From NCBI GenBank assembly GCA_947165195.1, contig CAMUZJ010000003.1, forward strand, positions 1-34,795: a stretch of DNA of 34,795 nt, written 5' to 3'. This document shows, one piece after another, positions 9,257 through 17,795 of this stretch. Within the stretch, counting starts at the first letter, position 1, and each line of letters opens with the position of its first letter. The position numbers and the translations under genes were made by a program. The stretch comes from an uncultured Bacillota bacterium (GTDB lineage Bacteria; Bacillota_I; Bacilli_A; RF39; UBA660). A model generated the notes under the pieces. It was not told the DNA's origin and did no database searches. It worked only from the letters and a program-made list of their open reading frames with translations.

Positions 9257-9706
9257 CTAAAAGAAATCATCTTCACTACTATTCTCATCTTTTCTTCGAT
9301 TATTAGATTTAGAATTTGACTGATTAGCTTCATCAGAAATACTTCCTTCTAATTTAACATTATTAGGAGTACATAGGAAGATTCCTCCTCCTAATTTTTG
9401 AATATCTCCATTGATTGCAAAGATTGTACCATATAAGAAGTCTACAATTCTTTTTGCAACATCAGGGGTTACTCGTTTTAAATTAACAATGACTGCTACC
9501 CTATCTTTCAAATATTTAGCAATCTGTTGGCTTTCTGAGTATGCACATGGTTCTAATAAAATCATTTTAGAACCAGCAATTCCATTTTCTACATGATATT
9601 CTTCTTTACTCGTTGTATAATATTGATCTTCTACTGACTCTTCTGGATCTGATTTATCATTATTACCTAAGAATCCTTTAAATCCTCTTAATTTATTTAT
9701 ATCCAT
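9257..9706 (-). CDS. sepF: Cell division protein SepF
   Basis: EPCAYSESQQIAKYLK..VIVNL..AKRIVDFLYGTIFAINGDIQKLGGGIFLCTPNNV matches the SepF C-terminal domain; amphipathic N-terminus. Confidence 0.93.
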   Translation of the reverse strand: MDINKLRGFKGFLGNNDKSDPEESVEDQYYTTSKEEYHVENGIAGSKMILLEPCAYSESQQIAKYLKDRVAVIVNLKRVTPDVAKRIVDFLYGTIFAINGDIQKLGGGIFLCTPNNVKLEGSISDEANQSNSKSNNRRKDENSSEDDFF

Positions 9707-9803
9707 AAAATTCCTCCATCATTTATTTAAATTATTCTATCTTATTTACTATATTTTATCATAACTTTATGTAATGGTAAATAAAAATATATCCATTATC
9801 TTT

Positions 9804-11843
9804 CTATTCACCTATATTAGATTGGGGAATAGGTTGCATAATTGGTTCTTGATTCGTATTTGCATAGTTAGGTGCAGAAGGTGGTTTAACGGTTGCAGTA
9901 GCTAAATTCATCCCTGGTAAATAACCACCCTGTTGCAAGGAATTATTTCCCATATGGGACATTGGAACTACTTCTGGCATTGGAGTAATATTGGTCATTA
10001 CTCCAGGACCTCTTTGTGATGCATCAGCATCTAGTAACTGATTTGCTCTTTGTACAGGTACTTCTTGTTTTATTTCTTGATACCATACACTCTTTAGATC
10101 TACATTATTCGATAATGGTGTTGGATTTGGTATATCAATATACATAGGAATTGGTACTTTAAAAGCACTACCAAAAGCAATGCAATTTCCCGGTTTTAAA
10201 TTCTTTAATTGAGAGACTATCTCAGAGGAAATACTAGGTACCATTTCACCAATATAGGCTAGATCTTTCGGATGAAGTGTCCTTAATATAATGAAATTCA
10301 TACATTGAGATACACAAGTATCAGAAAGTTCACTAGGCCTTTGGGTAATTAGTGCTAAAAACATTCCATATTTTCTTCCCTCTTTAGAAATTCTTTCAAA
10401 TATATTGTAGCCTAAAATTTCTATATCGGAGTCATGTTGAACATATCGATGAGCTTCTTCAATTACTATATGAAAAGCTCTGCTTCCCCTTGGCCTCAAA
10501 GTAGAAGTCTTTAAGAATAACATTCTAGAGATAATTTTCGTAAACACTTTGGCTAATCTATCATCTACATAATTAATATTAAAGTTTACAATTTGACACT
10601 TATTACCTGTTGATCTATCCGTTAATAATTGTTCTATATACTCATCTCTTGTTACATAGTTAGGATAATTAAAGTATTCTTTATTCTCACTAGTACATAG
10701 AGTATGCAATCTTACACTTAATACATTGGCATAGTCAAATACTTTCTCACTTTTTAATATTCCTTCACTAATTAAAGCAAAATCCATAGCAAGCTCTAAA
10801 TCATTTAATGTATAGAATTTATTTAATTCGCTCTCTGTGATTTCAATATCTTCTTCCATAATATAGCCTCTAATAAACTCTACTACGGTTTCCATCTCTT
10901 GCATTTTACCTGTTTTATCAATATATAGGCATTGTTTTAGAGTACGTACATATCCAGGTTGTACTATTTGACTTTCTAGATTTAATTCTGGAGTATTATA
11001 TTTGGTAAGTACTGCCATTACCTGGTCTCTAATTTTTGTAGAATCGTTTCCACTAAGTAAAATATCTTGTAGGGCACGAGCTATAATATCATTTTTTCTT
11101 TTTATAATATTGGGAGAAGTTCCTGTTAGAATGGATACTAGTTTTAATGTTTTCTCTAAGATAGGTAACTGTGTTGGAGTAGTAACATCTAATAAAAGAG
11201 CTAAATCATCAACATCTAGTAACCAGATTGGTATTCTTAATACTTCTCCTTCTGGATACTCAGTATTGGTTGTATAGGTTTTATAATATACTGAGTTATT
11301 TACTTCATGCAATTTGGAAAAAGCATTGGTATATTCTCCATACGCATCAAAAAAGAAGAAATTAGAGTGCACTGGAGCTGTTGTATTGGTTGCAAATAAT
11401 TTCTGTAAAATAGATGCAACTGTACTACTTTTTCCTGATCCACTATTTCCTAGTATGGAAAAATGATTACTAAAGAACTCATTAATATCTACGTTAATCT
11501 TATAACCATCATAGACATTACTAGTACCAAAGTTTGCTGTTCCAAATTGAATTTCCGAATCTCCTAAGAATAATTTTAATTCATCCATTTTAACAATTCT
11601 AGGCTTAGATTTAAATGATGGCTTAGATGTAGCTCCTGGAGTAAATACTCCATTATTAATTTCTCCTACAATATTGACATGCATCATTGTCTGATTACAG
11701 TTAACAATTTGTCCTATTACTTTTCTATTACTTCCATCATCAAATACGACATGTAAATTGACTAAGTTAGGTTGACTATTAATATCTATGGAAAGTTTTA
11801 CTGTGACGGTATTATCGATTATTTCACTAATTTTACCTAACAC
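9804..11843 (-). CDS. HerA-like (DUF87 / HerA-FtsK superfamily) ATPase with an N-terminal HAS-barrel-like region
   Basis: HFSILGNSGSGKS (Walker A), IVIEEAHRY (Walker B), ERISKEGRKYG (arginine finger) and ITQRPSEL; GTG start with GAGGTGG RBS. Confidence 0.88.
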   Translation of the reverse strand: MLGKISEIIDNTVTVKLSIDINSQPNLVNLHVVFDDGSNRKVIGQIVNCNQTMMHVNIVGEINNGVFTPGATSKPSFKSKPRIVKMDELKLFLGDSEIQFGTANFGTSNVYDGYKINVDINEFFSNHFSILGNSGSGKSSTVASILQKLFATNTTAPVHSNFFFFDAYGEYTNAFSKLHEVNNSVYYKTYTTNTEYPEGEVLRIPIWLLDVDDLALLLDVTTPTQLPILEKTLKLVSILTGTSPNIIKRKNDIIARALQDILLSGNDSTKIRDQVMAVLTKYNTPELNLESQIVQPGYVRTLKQCLYIDKTGKMQEMETVVEFIRGYIMEEDIEITESELNKFYTLNDLELAMDFALISEGILKSEKVFDYANVLSVRLHTLCTSENKEYFNYPNYVTRDEYIEQLLTDRSTGNKCQIVNFNINYVDDRLAKVFTKIISRMLFLKTSTLRPRGSRAFHIVIEEAHRYVQHDSDIEILGYNIFERISKEGRKYGMFLALITQRPSELSDTCVSQCMNFIILRTLHPKDLAYIGEMVPSISSEIVSQLKNLKPGNCIAFGSAFKVPIPMYIDIPNPTPLSNNVDLKSVWYQEIKQEVPVQRANQLLDADASQRGPGVMTNITPMPEVVPMSHMGNNSLQQGGYLPGMNLATATVKPPSAPNYANTNQEPIMQPIPQSNIGE

Positions 11844-11883
11844 ATAACCACCTCTATTCTAGAAATAAGTATATCATAGAATA

Positions 11884-11914
11884 AAAGAAAAAAGAATGAC
11901 TTTTTTAGTCATTC
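11884..11914 (-). terminator. Intrinsic terminator-like hairpin upstream of the HerA-like gene
   Basis: GAATGACT-AAAAA-AGTCATTC-TTTTTTCTTTT on the minus strand. Confidence 0.65.
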
Positions 11915-11973
11915 CAGAATAAAATTATAGTTTAATTTTATCCTGAAGTGACTTTCCAGAAATATTTGTATAG

Positions 11974-11999
11974 AAAAAAAGAATCTATTTTAGACCCTT
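11974..11999 (-). terminator. Terminator after the lipoprotein gene
   Basis: AGGGTCTA-AAA-TAGATTCT-TTTTTT directly after the stop codon. Confidence 0.6.
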
Positions 12000-12611
12000 T
12001 TATCCTTCATATAATCCATGTATCTTTTGAATATCTACATCAGTTATATCTTCTACTACCCATTCATTATCTATTTTTGTTAGGTAGAAAGTCATTGTAT
12101 AAGTAGTAGTATTGGTTACTCCTTTTAAATTCTTGATTTTATAATCTATAAAACTAGATATATTATCAATAGTATCTACTATTCCTTCTCCAATATCATT
12201 TGCTATCCCATCATTATTACTATCTTGATTTGAATTATCCTCATTCTTTTTTTCAAATTCTTCTACATGATTTCTATAATAAATTCTAGATTCATTAATA
12301 TTAGAAGCATAATCTAATACTTCAATTTCTACTTCCACTTCTGCTTCATTTTCTACTATATTTTCATCATTTACTTTATAAGATAAATTTTTATATTGAT
12401 TAATCATTAAATCTCTGTAATCTTTCTTTTGCTCATTACTCATACTACCATCACTAGCAATTACTTTATCTAATTGATCTAATACCTCTTTATCCATGTT
12501 TTGATATTTTCCTAAAAACTCTTCTACTGCTCCTGTTGGAGTATTTAATGTAGTTCCACATCCTGTCAAAAATATTATAGTTGCTCCTAGTATTATTAAT
12601 GTTTTCTTCAT
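12000..12611 (-). CDS. Lipoprotein of unknown function (possible NTF2-like fold)
   Basis: MKK, hydrophobic core and lipobox LTGC; TPTGAVEEFL and a C-terminal LTKIDNEWVV strand pattern; acidic. Confidence 0.8.
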   Translation of the reverse strand: MKKTLIILGATIIFLTGCGTTLNTPTGAVEEFLGKYQNMDKEVLDQLDKVIASDGSMSNEQKKDYRDLMINQYKNLSYKVNDENIVENEAEVEVEIEVLDYASNINESRIYYRNHVEEFEKKNEDNSNQDSNNDGIANDIGEGIVDTIDNISSFIDYKIKNLKGVTNTTTYTMTFYLTKIDNEWVVEDITDVDIQKIHGLYEG

Positions 12612-12654
12612 ATAAAAAATCCTCCCATTTATATAATGAGAGGATTATTTTATT

Positions 12655-13467
12655 TTATACAATATTTTTTATAAAAATTACACCACTAGCATTATCTTTT
12701 CCATTCTTTGGTACATAAAATGGTTCCCTAAAATTTCTTTTTACCCTAGGTGGAACTCGTAAATTTTGTTCTACATAAACAGCTTCTTGTATAATTCGAT
12801 CTAATATTTCTTTCTTTTTATGTTTGGTAATTAACTCTTTTATTTTAGCATCCGTTAATAAATCGGTAACCCCATCTGTTAAAAGTAGTAAAATATCATA
12901 ACTGTCATTATCTAATATAGTAGTAGTACAATTACATAAATTGCTACTAAGACCAATACAAGCATTAATGATATTGCTAGTTGAGAAAAATCTTAAATCT
13001 TCTTTATTAGCAATTCCACTTTTATAATAGGTCCATACTTGGGAGTCATCTTCTGTTACTTGGGTTAATTTATTATTTTTATATATATAGCATCTCGAAT
13101 CTCCTATATTTAAGACAAGAGTTTGATTTTCTAATACTATAGAAAGTGTCAAAGTAGTCCCTAATCTATTATTTCCATATTTTTCAATTAACTGATTATT
13201 CCATTTTGAAATCATTTTTTTTAAGGAATCTTCTAATTTTTCGGTGTTATTTAAAAAATCTATTTTTATATTGGTAAACCAGTCACTGATACTTTTGATA
13301 ACAAAATTAGAAGCAACCTCTCCTAAGTCTTTTCCACCCATTCCATCGGCAAGTGCTAAAAGTTTTATATTTTTATTTTTTGGATGATTTATGGCTAATA
13401 CAGCATCTTCATTATTTTCTCTTATTAATCCAATATCACTTTTCTTTTGTAAAATAAAATCATTCAT
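12655..13467 (-). CDS. PP2C/PPM-family Ser/Thr protein phosphatase
   Basis: RENNED, ALADGMGG, GTTL, NIGDSRCY, LLTDGVTD and KDNAS, with the metal-binding Asp residues present. Start placed at ATG 13467 after a GGGGT RBS. Confidence 0.92.
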   Translation of the reverse strand: MNDFILQKKSDIGLIRENNEDAVLAINHPKNKNIKLLALADGMGGKDLGEVASNFVIKSISDWFTNIKIDFLNNTEKLEDSLKKMISKWNNQLIEKYGNNRLGTTLTLSIVLENQTLVLNIGDSRCYIYKNNKLTQVTEDDSQVWTYYKSGIANKEDLRFFSTSNIINACIGLSSNLCNCTTTILDNDSYDILLLLTDGVTDLLTDAKIKELITKHKKKEILDRIIQEAVYVEQNLRVPPRVKRNFREPFYVPKNGKDNASGVIFIKNIV

Positions 13468-13592
13468 ATCTTGTACCCCAATCGATGTCATTATAACATA
13501 CAATCCTATGACAGTGCAAAGATGTCGTTAGTATTTTCTTATCTTTACATATATTCTTTGCAGAATGAATTTACTTTATACTTCTTATTTTC

Positions 13593-14186
13593 TTATGGCA
13601 ACTTATAAAATTTCATAAACTCATCTATAATCTCTTCTTTATCTTTAAAAAAACGGTTACAACATATAAGTTTTTGTCTAAAACTTAAGTGATATTTTAA
13701 ATAGGAAATAGAGTTAACTTGATATTGAACCCCTTTGGCTCTTAAATAAGGACAAGTATAAAGTTTACAAGTAATACATTTTATCGTACATATTTTTTGA
13801 TTATTGTCAAAATATTTACATGGTTGATTATTAGTATTTCTAACGCAACAGCTAGAGACTATATTCTTATCTTTTTCTCTGTTACAGATGCAAATATCCT
13901 TTTTAAAGTCACATAATTTCTTATTTTGAAACTCATTATCTAAATAGAAACAAGCATAATCATATATAAGATTATATTTTTCTCTTTTCTTCCTTGTATT
14001 TAAAATGTCTAAATTTTTTAATACTTCATCAATTTCTTTATCATGCCTTTTCTTACTATTTTCAAATAACTGATTTTCATAATTTATATAAATCTTAAAT
14101 CCTAACTTAGCGTAAAACTTTAATAGCCACATTTTTTTATACAAAACATTTATATTTTCTTTTTGAATAGGAATTATTTTCTTCAT
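13593..14186 (-). CDS. Cysteine-rich hypothetical protein (putative Zn / Fe-S binding)
   Basis: Eleven Cys in about 70 aa (C..CDF..CIC..SCC..PCKYF..ICTIKCITCKLYTC). Start at ATG 14186 after AGGTGA. Confidence 0.7.
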   Translation of the reverse strand: MKKIIPIQKENINVLYKKMWLLKFYAKLGFKIYINYENQLFENSKKRHDKEIDEVLKNLDILNTRKKREKYNLIYDYACFYLDNEFQNKKLCDFKKDICICNREKDKNIVSSCCVRNTNNQPCKYFDNNQKICTIKCITCKLYTCPYLRAKGVQYQVNSISYLKYHLSFRQKLICCNRFFKDKEEIIDEFMKFYKLP

Positions 14187-14249
14187 ATTCTCACCTATTA
14201 TACATTTTATCATATAAGAAAAAGATTACCGAAATAATCTTTATAATCT

Positions 14250-15422
14250 TTAATATAATTTGTAAGCCTTTTTCCAAGAAAGAATTCTTTGTACAGCATA
14301 ATCAATAGTATCTTCACTTATTGAACCATCTTTTACTTTTTGCAATAATTCCTTATACATATTTACAAAGTCACTGGTTATGATAAGGTCTGCTCCTGCA
14401 TTGATTGCGAGTGTTGCTGCATTTTTATTTTCTGCATAAGATGTAACAGCATCCATATCTAAATCATCGGTAATAACAATTCCTGTATAGTGTAATTTTT
14501 CTCTTAACTCTCCTGTAATTACTTTTTTACTTAGGGAGGATGGATATTCTGGATCAACCGATGTAATAATATTATGAGATACTAAAATACAAGGAACCTT
14601 CTCTTCTATTCCACTTATAAATGGAAGATAGTCATTTTCTACAAAATTTTCATAGTTTCTGTTATCAATTGCCACTCCTGTATGAGTATCTAAATTATTT
14701 CCATATCCTGGAAAATGCTTTAAGCAAGAAGATATATTTTCTTCATTTGCATAGTGAACCATATGCTTTATAAAAAGAGAGGTTTCATTTGCATTGTGTC
14801 CAAAACTTCTATTATAAATAAAATCATCTTCATTAGTAGAAATATCGGCTACTGGTGCCAAGTTTAAATTTATTCCTAAAGATAATAGAAGTTGTGCTTT
14901 TTCTCTTTCTGTTTTTTCTAATAATTCATATCCACCCTGTTCAAAATAATCTTTAGGTGATAAAAATTTACTTTCTCTAAAAGCTAAATATTTGCTAACT
15001 CTTGTAACATATCCCCCTTCTTCATCAACTGCATAGATAAGAGGATATTTACTAGTTTTTAAATGATGATTCAATCCTTGCTTTATAGATTCTTTCGTAT
15101 GATTTTGAAAGTCTTTTGCAAATAAAATAAATCCTCCGGCATGATAATTTTTAATATAAGAGTCTACTAGGTTAGAATCATAACGTACTAAAAATAACTG
15201 ACCTATTTTCTCTTCTAAGCTCATCTTTTCTATATCTTTTTTGGTTTCTTTGTAGTATTTACCAAATATATACTTTGAATAATCTTCTTCAATTTCTTTA
15301 GTGCTATTTAATTCATTTTTATTTTTATTTGCTTCATTATTTTCAGAAATTAGTAAATAAGATATTGTAATAATTAATAAAGTAATTATAATTGCTAATA
15401 TCAAAACCAACTTTTTTTTCAT
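14250..15422 (-). CDS. Membrane-anchored GH3 beta-N-acetylhexosaminidase (NagZ-like)
   Basis: SLEEKIGQLF, AVDEEGG, NLAPVAD, RSFG, KHFPGYGNNLDTH (NagZ-type Asp-His dyad) and ITDDLDM; N-terminal TM/signal segment. Confidence 0.88.
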   Translation of the reverse strand: MKKKLVLILAIIITLLIITISYLLISENNEANKNKNELNSTKEIEEDYSKYIFGKYYKETKKDIEKMSLEEKIGQLFLVRYDSNLVDSYIKNYHAGGFILFAKDFQNHTKESIKQGLNHHLKTSKYPLIYAVDEEGGYVTRVSKYLAFRESKFLSPKDYFEQGGYELLEKTEREKAQLLLSLGINLNLAPVADISTNEDDFIYNRSFGHNANETSLFIKHMVHYANEENISSCLKHFPGYGNNLDTHTGVAIDNRNYENFVENDYLPFISGIEEKVPCILVSHNIITSVDPEYPSSLSKKVITGELREKLHYTGIVITDDLDMDAVTSYAENKNAATLAINAGADLIITSDFVNMYKELLQKVKDGSISEDTIDYAVQRILSWKKAYKLY

Positions 15423-15425
15423 AAA

Positions 15426-16277
15426 TTACCTACCCATTATTCTTTTAAATTCTTGTGGATTTGCTGTCTCAAATAATATTTCTTTCTTAATATTAGGATA
15501 ATAAATTTTTAAGCGATTTGCATGTAAATATAGTCTAGATTCTTTATCTGATTTATCTCCATACTTTTTATCTCCTACTATAGGATTTCCTAAGGTTTGA
15601 AAAGCCACTCTTATTTGATTTTTTCTACCTGTTTCTATTTCTATAGAAACTAAGGAGAAGTTTTGTGTTTCTTTTACTACTTTATAATTAGTGATTGCTT
15701 CTTTTGCATCAGCACTTTTACTAACATAAACTAAGTTTGTTTTTGTCTCACTTAATTTTTGAATCAAACGGTCACTACTTTTCTTTAATTTCCCATGAAC
15801 TACTGCTACATACTCTCTCAAACTAACAAATTCATTCCAATTTTCTTGTAGCATATTTTTTGTTTTTTCATCTTTTGCAAGTACTACAATTCCACTTGTA
15901 TCCTTATCTAATCTATGGACTATAAAAACTTTAGCTTTTTTATCTTTACTAACTAAATACTCTCTAACAATATGGTATAAAGTCTTTTCTTTTTCTTTTG
16001 TTGTAGCAATGGTTAGTAAGCCACTAGGCTTATTAACTACAATAATATGCTCATCTTCAAAAAGAATTTCAAAAGGTAGTTCTTTTTTATTTTTATTATC
16101 TGTATCAATTAAAATATTCATACCTGGAACTATCCTGTAGTTATATTGCTTTACTCGATTATTATTTACAAATATAGCTCCATGAGTTAAATATTGCTTA
16201 ATTTTTTTCTTAGGCATATCTAAATTCTCGTATAAATAAGCTAATAATTCCCCTTCTTTTTTTACAACTAATTTCAT
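15426..16277 (-). CDS. RluA-family pseudouridine synthase with an S4-like N-terminus
   Basis: VNKPSGL, catalytic VHRLDKDTSG, ETGRKNQIR, IVGDKKYG and LYLHA. Confidence 0.93.
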   Translation of the reverse strand: MKLVVKKEGELLAYLYENLDMPKKKIKQYLTHGAIFVNNNRVKQYNYRIVPGMNILIDTDNKNKKELPFEILFEDEHIIVVNKPSGLLTIATTKEKEKTLYHIVREYLVSKDKKAKVFIVHRLDKDTSGIVVLAKDEKTKNMLQENWNEFVSLREYVAVVHGKLKKSSDRLIQKLSETKTNLVYVSKSADAKEAITNYKVVKETQNFSLVSIEIETGRKNQIRVAFQTLGNPIVGDKKYGDKSDKESRLYLHANRLKIYYPNIKKEILFETANPQEFKRIMGR

Positions 16278-16320
16278 AAATATCTCCCCTCTAAATAAGC
16301 TTATTATAATATAATTTTAT

Positions 16321-16351
16321 AAAAAAGAAAAGATTAAGAATTTTCTTAATC
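16321..16351 (-). terminator. Terminator after the pgi-PAP2-HAD unit
   Basis: GATTAAGAA-AA-TTCTTAATC-TTTTCTTTTTT on the minus strand. Confidence 0.65.
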
Positions 16352-16390
16352 CATTTCGGTAGTTTTTGTTTCAGATTGATTCATTTAATT

Positions 16391-17185
16391 TTAAGTATTT
16401 GATGAAAAATCATTTAAATATTTTTTAATTGCTAATTCTACTGCTTTTTCATTATTAGAAACTGTTATTTCACCAGCTACTTTTTTTAGTCTTTTACTAG
16501 CATTATCTACAGCAATAGACATTCCTACACTTTTATAGGATTCTATATTATTTAAATTAGCACCTATAAAAACTACTTCCTGTAGGGAAAAATGATTTTT
16601 TTTACAAATTTTTTCAATTGCTAGTAATCTACTGCAACCTTTCATAAAAATTTCTACAAAATAATCTTTTTCTTTCTTTGCTTGAATTTCTATATCTAAA
16701 TCCATTTCCTCTAATTGGCTAATAATAGAAAGCTGATTTTTTTTAGAAGAAGTATGGATTTCTATTTTAAATATATTATCCTTATGAAATTTACTAAATA
16801 CATTAAAATCTCCAATTTTTCTTTGATTTTCTTTATTAATTTCTTTTTTTGTGTAGTTGCACCAGTCTAATGTATAAAAACATAAATTATATAAAGCAAA
16901 ATTCTTTTGAATTTTTTTAATAATAGATATTCCTATATTTTTATGAATGAGTACTTTACTTTCTTTAGCATCATAAACATATGCACCATCCATACAAATA
17001 ATATAATCTACAAAAGGAAAATCTTTATTATATTCAAGGATTGACTTGAAACTTTTATTGGTTATTACAGTAAAAGGTATATGACAAGTTCTCATTTTAT
17101 CTAAACTAAGCATAGTAGATAATGGTATAGCATCCTCATTATCTATTAATGTATCTTCGAAATCACTAATTAATATTTTGTACAT
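16391..17185 (-). CDS. Cof-type HAD-IIB family protein with a degenerate active site
   Basis: ILISDFEDTL, ICMDGAYVY and SIAVDNA fit the Cof fold, but motifs I, III and IV deviate (see findings). Confidence 0.8.
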   Translation of the reverse strand: MYKILISDFEDTLIDNEDAIPLSTMLSLDKMRTCHIPFTVITNKSFKSILEYNKDFPFVDYIICMDGAYVYDAKESKVLIHKNIGISIIKKIQKNFALYNLCFYTLDWCNYTKKEINKENQRKIGDFNVFSKFHKDNIFKIEIHTSSKKNQLSIISQLEEMDLDIEIQAKKEKDYFVEIFMKGCSRLLAIEKICKKNHFSLQEVVFIGANLNNIESYKSVGMSIAVDNASKRLKKVAGEITVSNNEKAVELAIKKYLNDFSSNT

Positions 17186-17792
17186 TTTCTTCTACACCAC
17201 CTAAAATGTTTTTACTAAGATGAATCGTAATTAATAATTGAGCAAAACCTAAAATAATCCCACCTAATACATCACTAGCATAATGGACTCCTACGTATAT
17301 TCTACTAATACAGATACTGAAAATAAGAAAAGAAAGAAGAATACTCAAACATACTTTTATATATTTTTTTAAATTGCTATTGATTACTAAGTATAGTAAA
17401 AATCCATACAAGGTAATGGATATCATCGAGTGTCCACTAGGAAAAGAATATCCTCCAACATCAATTAATCTCAATTCATCAGGTCTACTTCTTCCAATAA
17501 AATATTTTATAATTGTATTGGTAATTATGCAATTGAGTGCTAATATGTCAGCTAATATAGCATTTTTTTTTGATAAAAATATATTTAGCAGTATTAATAA
17601 GATAATAATAGATGTTGCATTTCCTAACGAGGTAACAGTTTTGAAAAAGTTATCAAAAAAGTCACTTCTTATAAAGGTTATAGTTTTATATGCGGTTGCA
17701 TCAAATCCTATTATCATACTGGTTGTTACTAATATGACATCTATTACAAATAAGATAAGTAGTATTGTTACTATTTTATACGTTCTATTCAT
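17166..17792 (-). CDS. PAP2-family membrane phosphatase (possible undecaprenyl- or lipid-phosphate phosphatase)
   Basis: KYFIGRSRP, SFPSGH and SRIYVGVHYASDV; multiple TM helices. Confidence 0.92.
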   Translation of the reverse strand: MNRTYKIVTILLILFVIDVILVTTSMIIGFDATAYKTITFIRSDFFDNFFKTVTSLGNATSIIILLILLNIFLSKKNAILADILALNCIITNTIIKYFIGRSRPDELRLIDVGGYSFPSGHSMISITLYGFLLYLVINSNLKKYIKVCLSILLSFLIFSICISRIYVGVHYASDVLGGIILGFAQLLITIHLSKNILGGVEENVQNIN

Positions 17793-17795
17793 ACT

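Noticed and set aside
8901-9596. ORFs 8901-9134, 9088-9333 and 9411-9596
   Set aside because: They overlap the better-supported 8868 gene and sepF, and their composition looks like off-frame translation.
11002-11277. Plus-strand 91-aa ORF
   Set aside because: Antisense shadow of the HerA-like gene.
13484-13526. TGTCAT/ATGACA inverted repeat around the -10 of the PP2C promoter as an operator
   Set aside because: The arms are only about 6 bp and no regulator is nearby, so it cannot be distinguished from chance.
14250-15422. GH3 enzyme as a beta-1,2-glucan-degrading partner of Cgs
   Set aside because: It carries the NagZ-type KHFPGxG..DTH motif and is in a separate transcription unit, which favours hexosaminidase activity.
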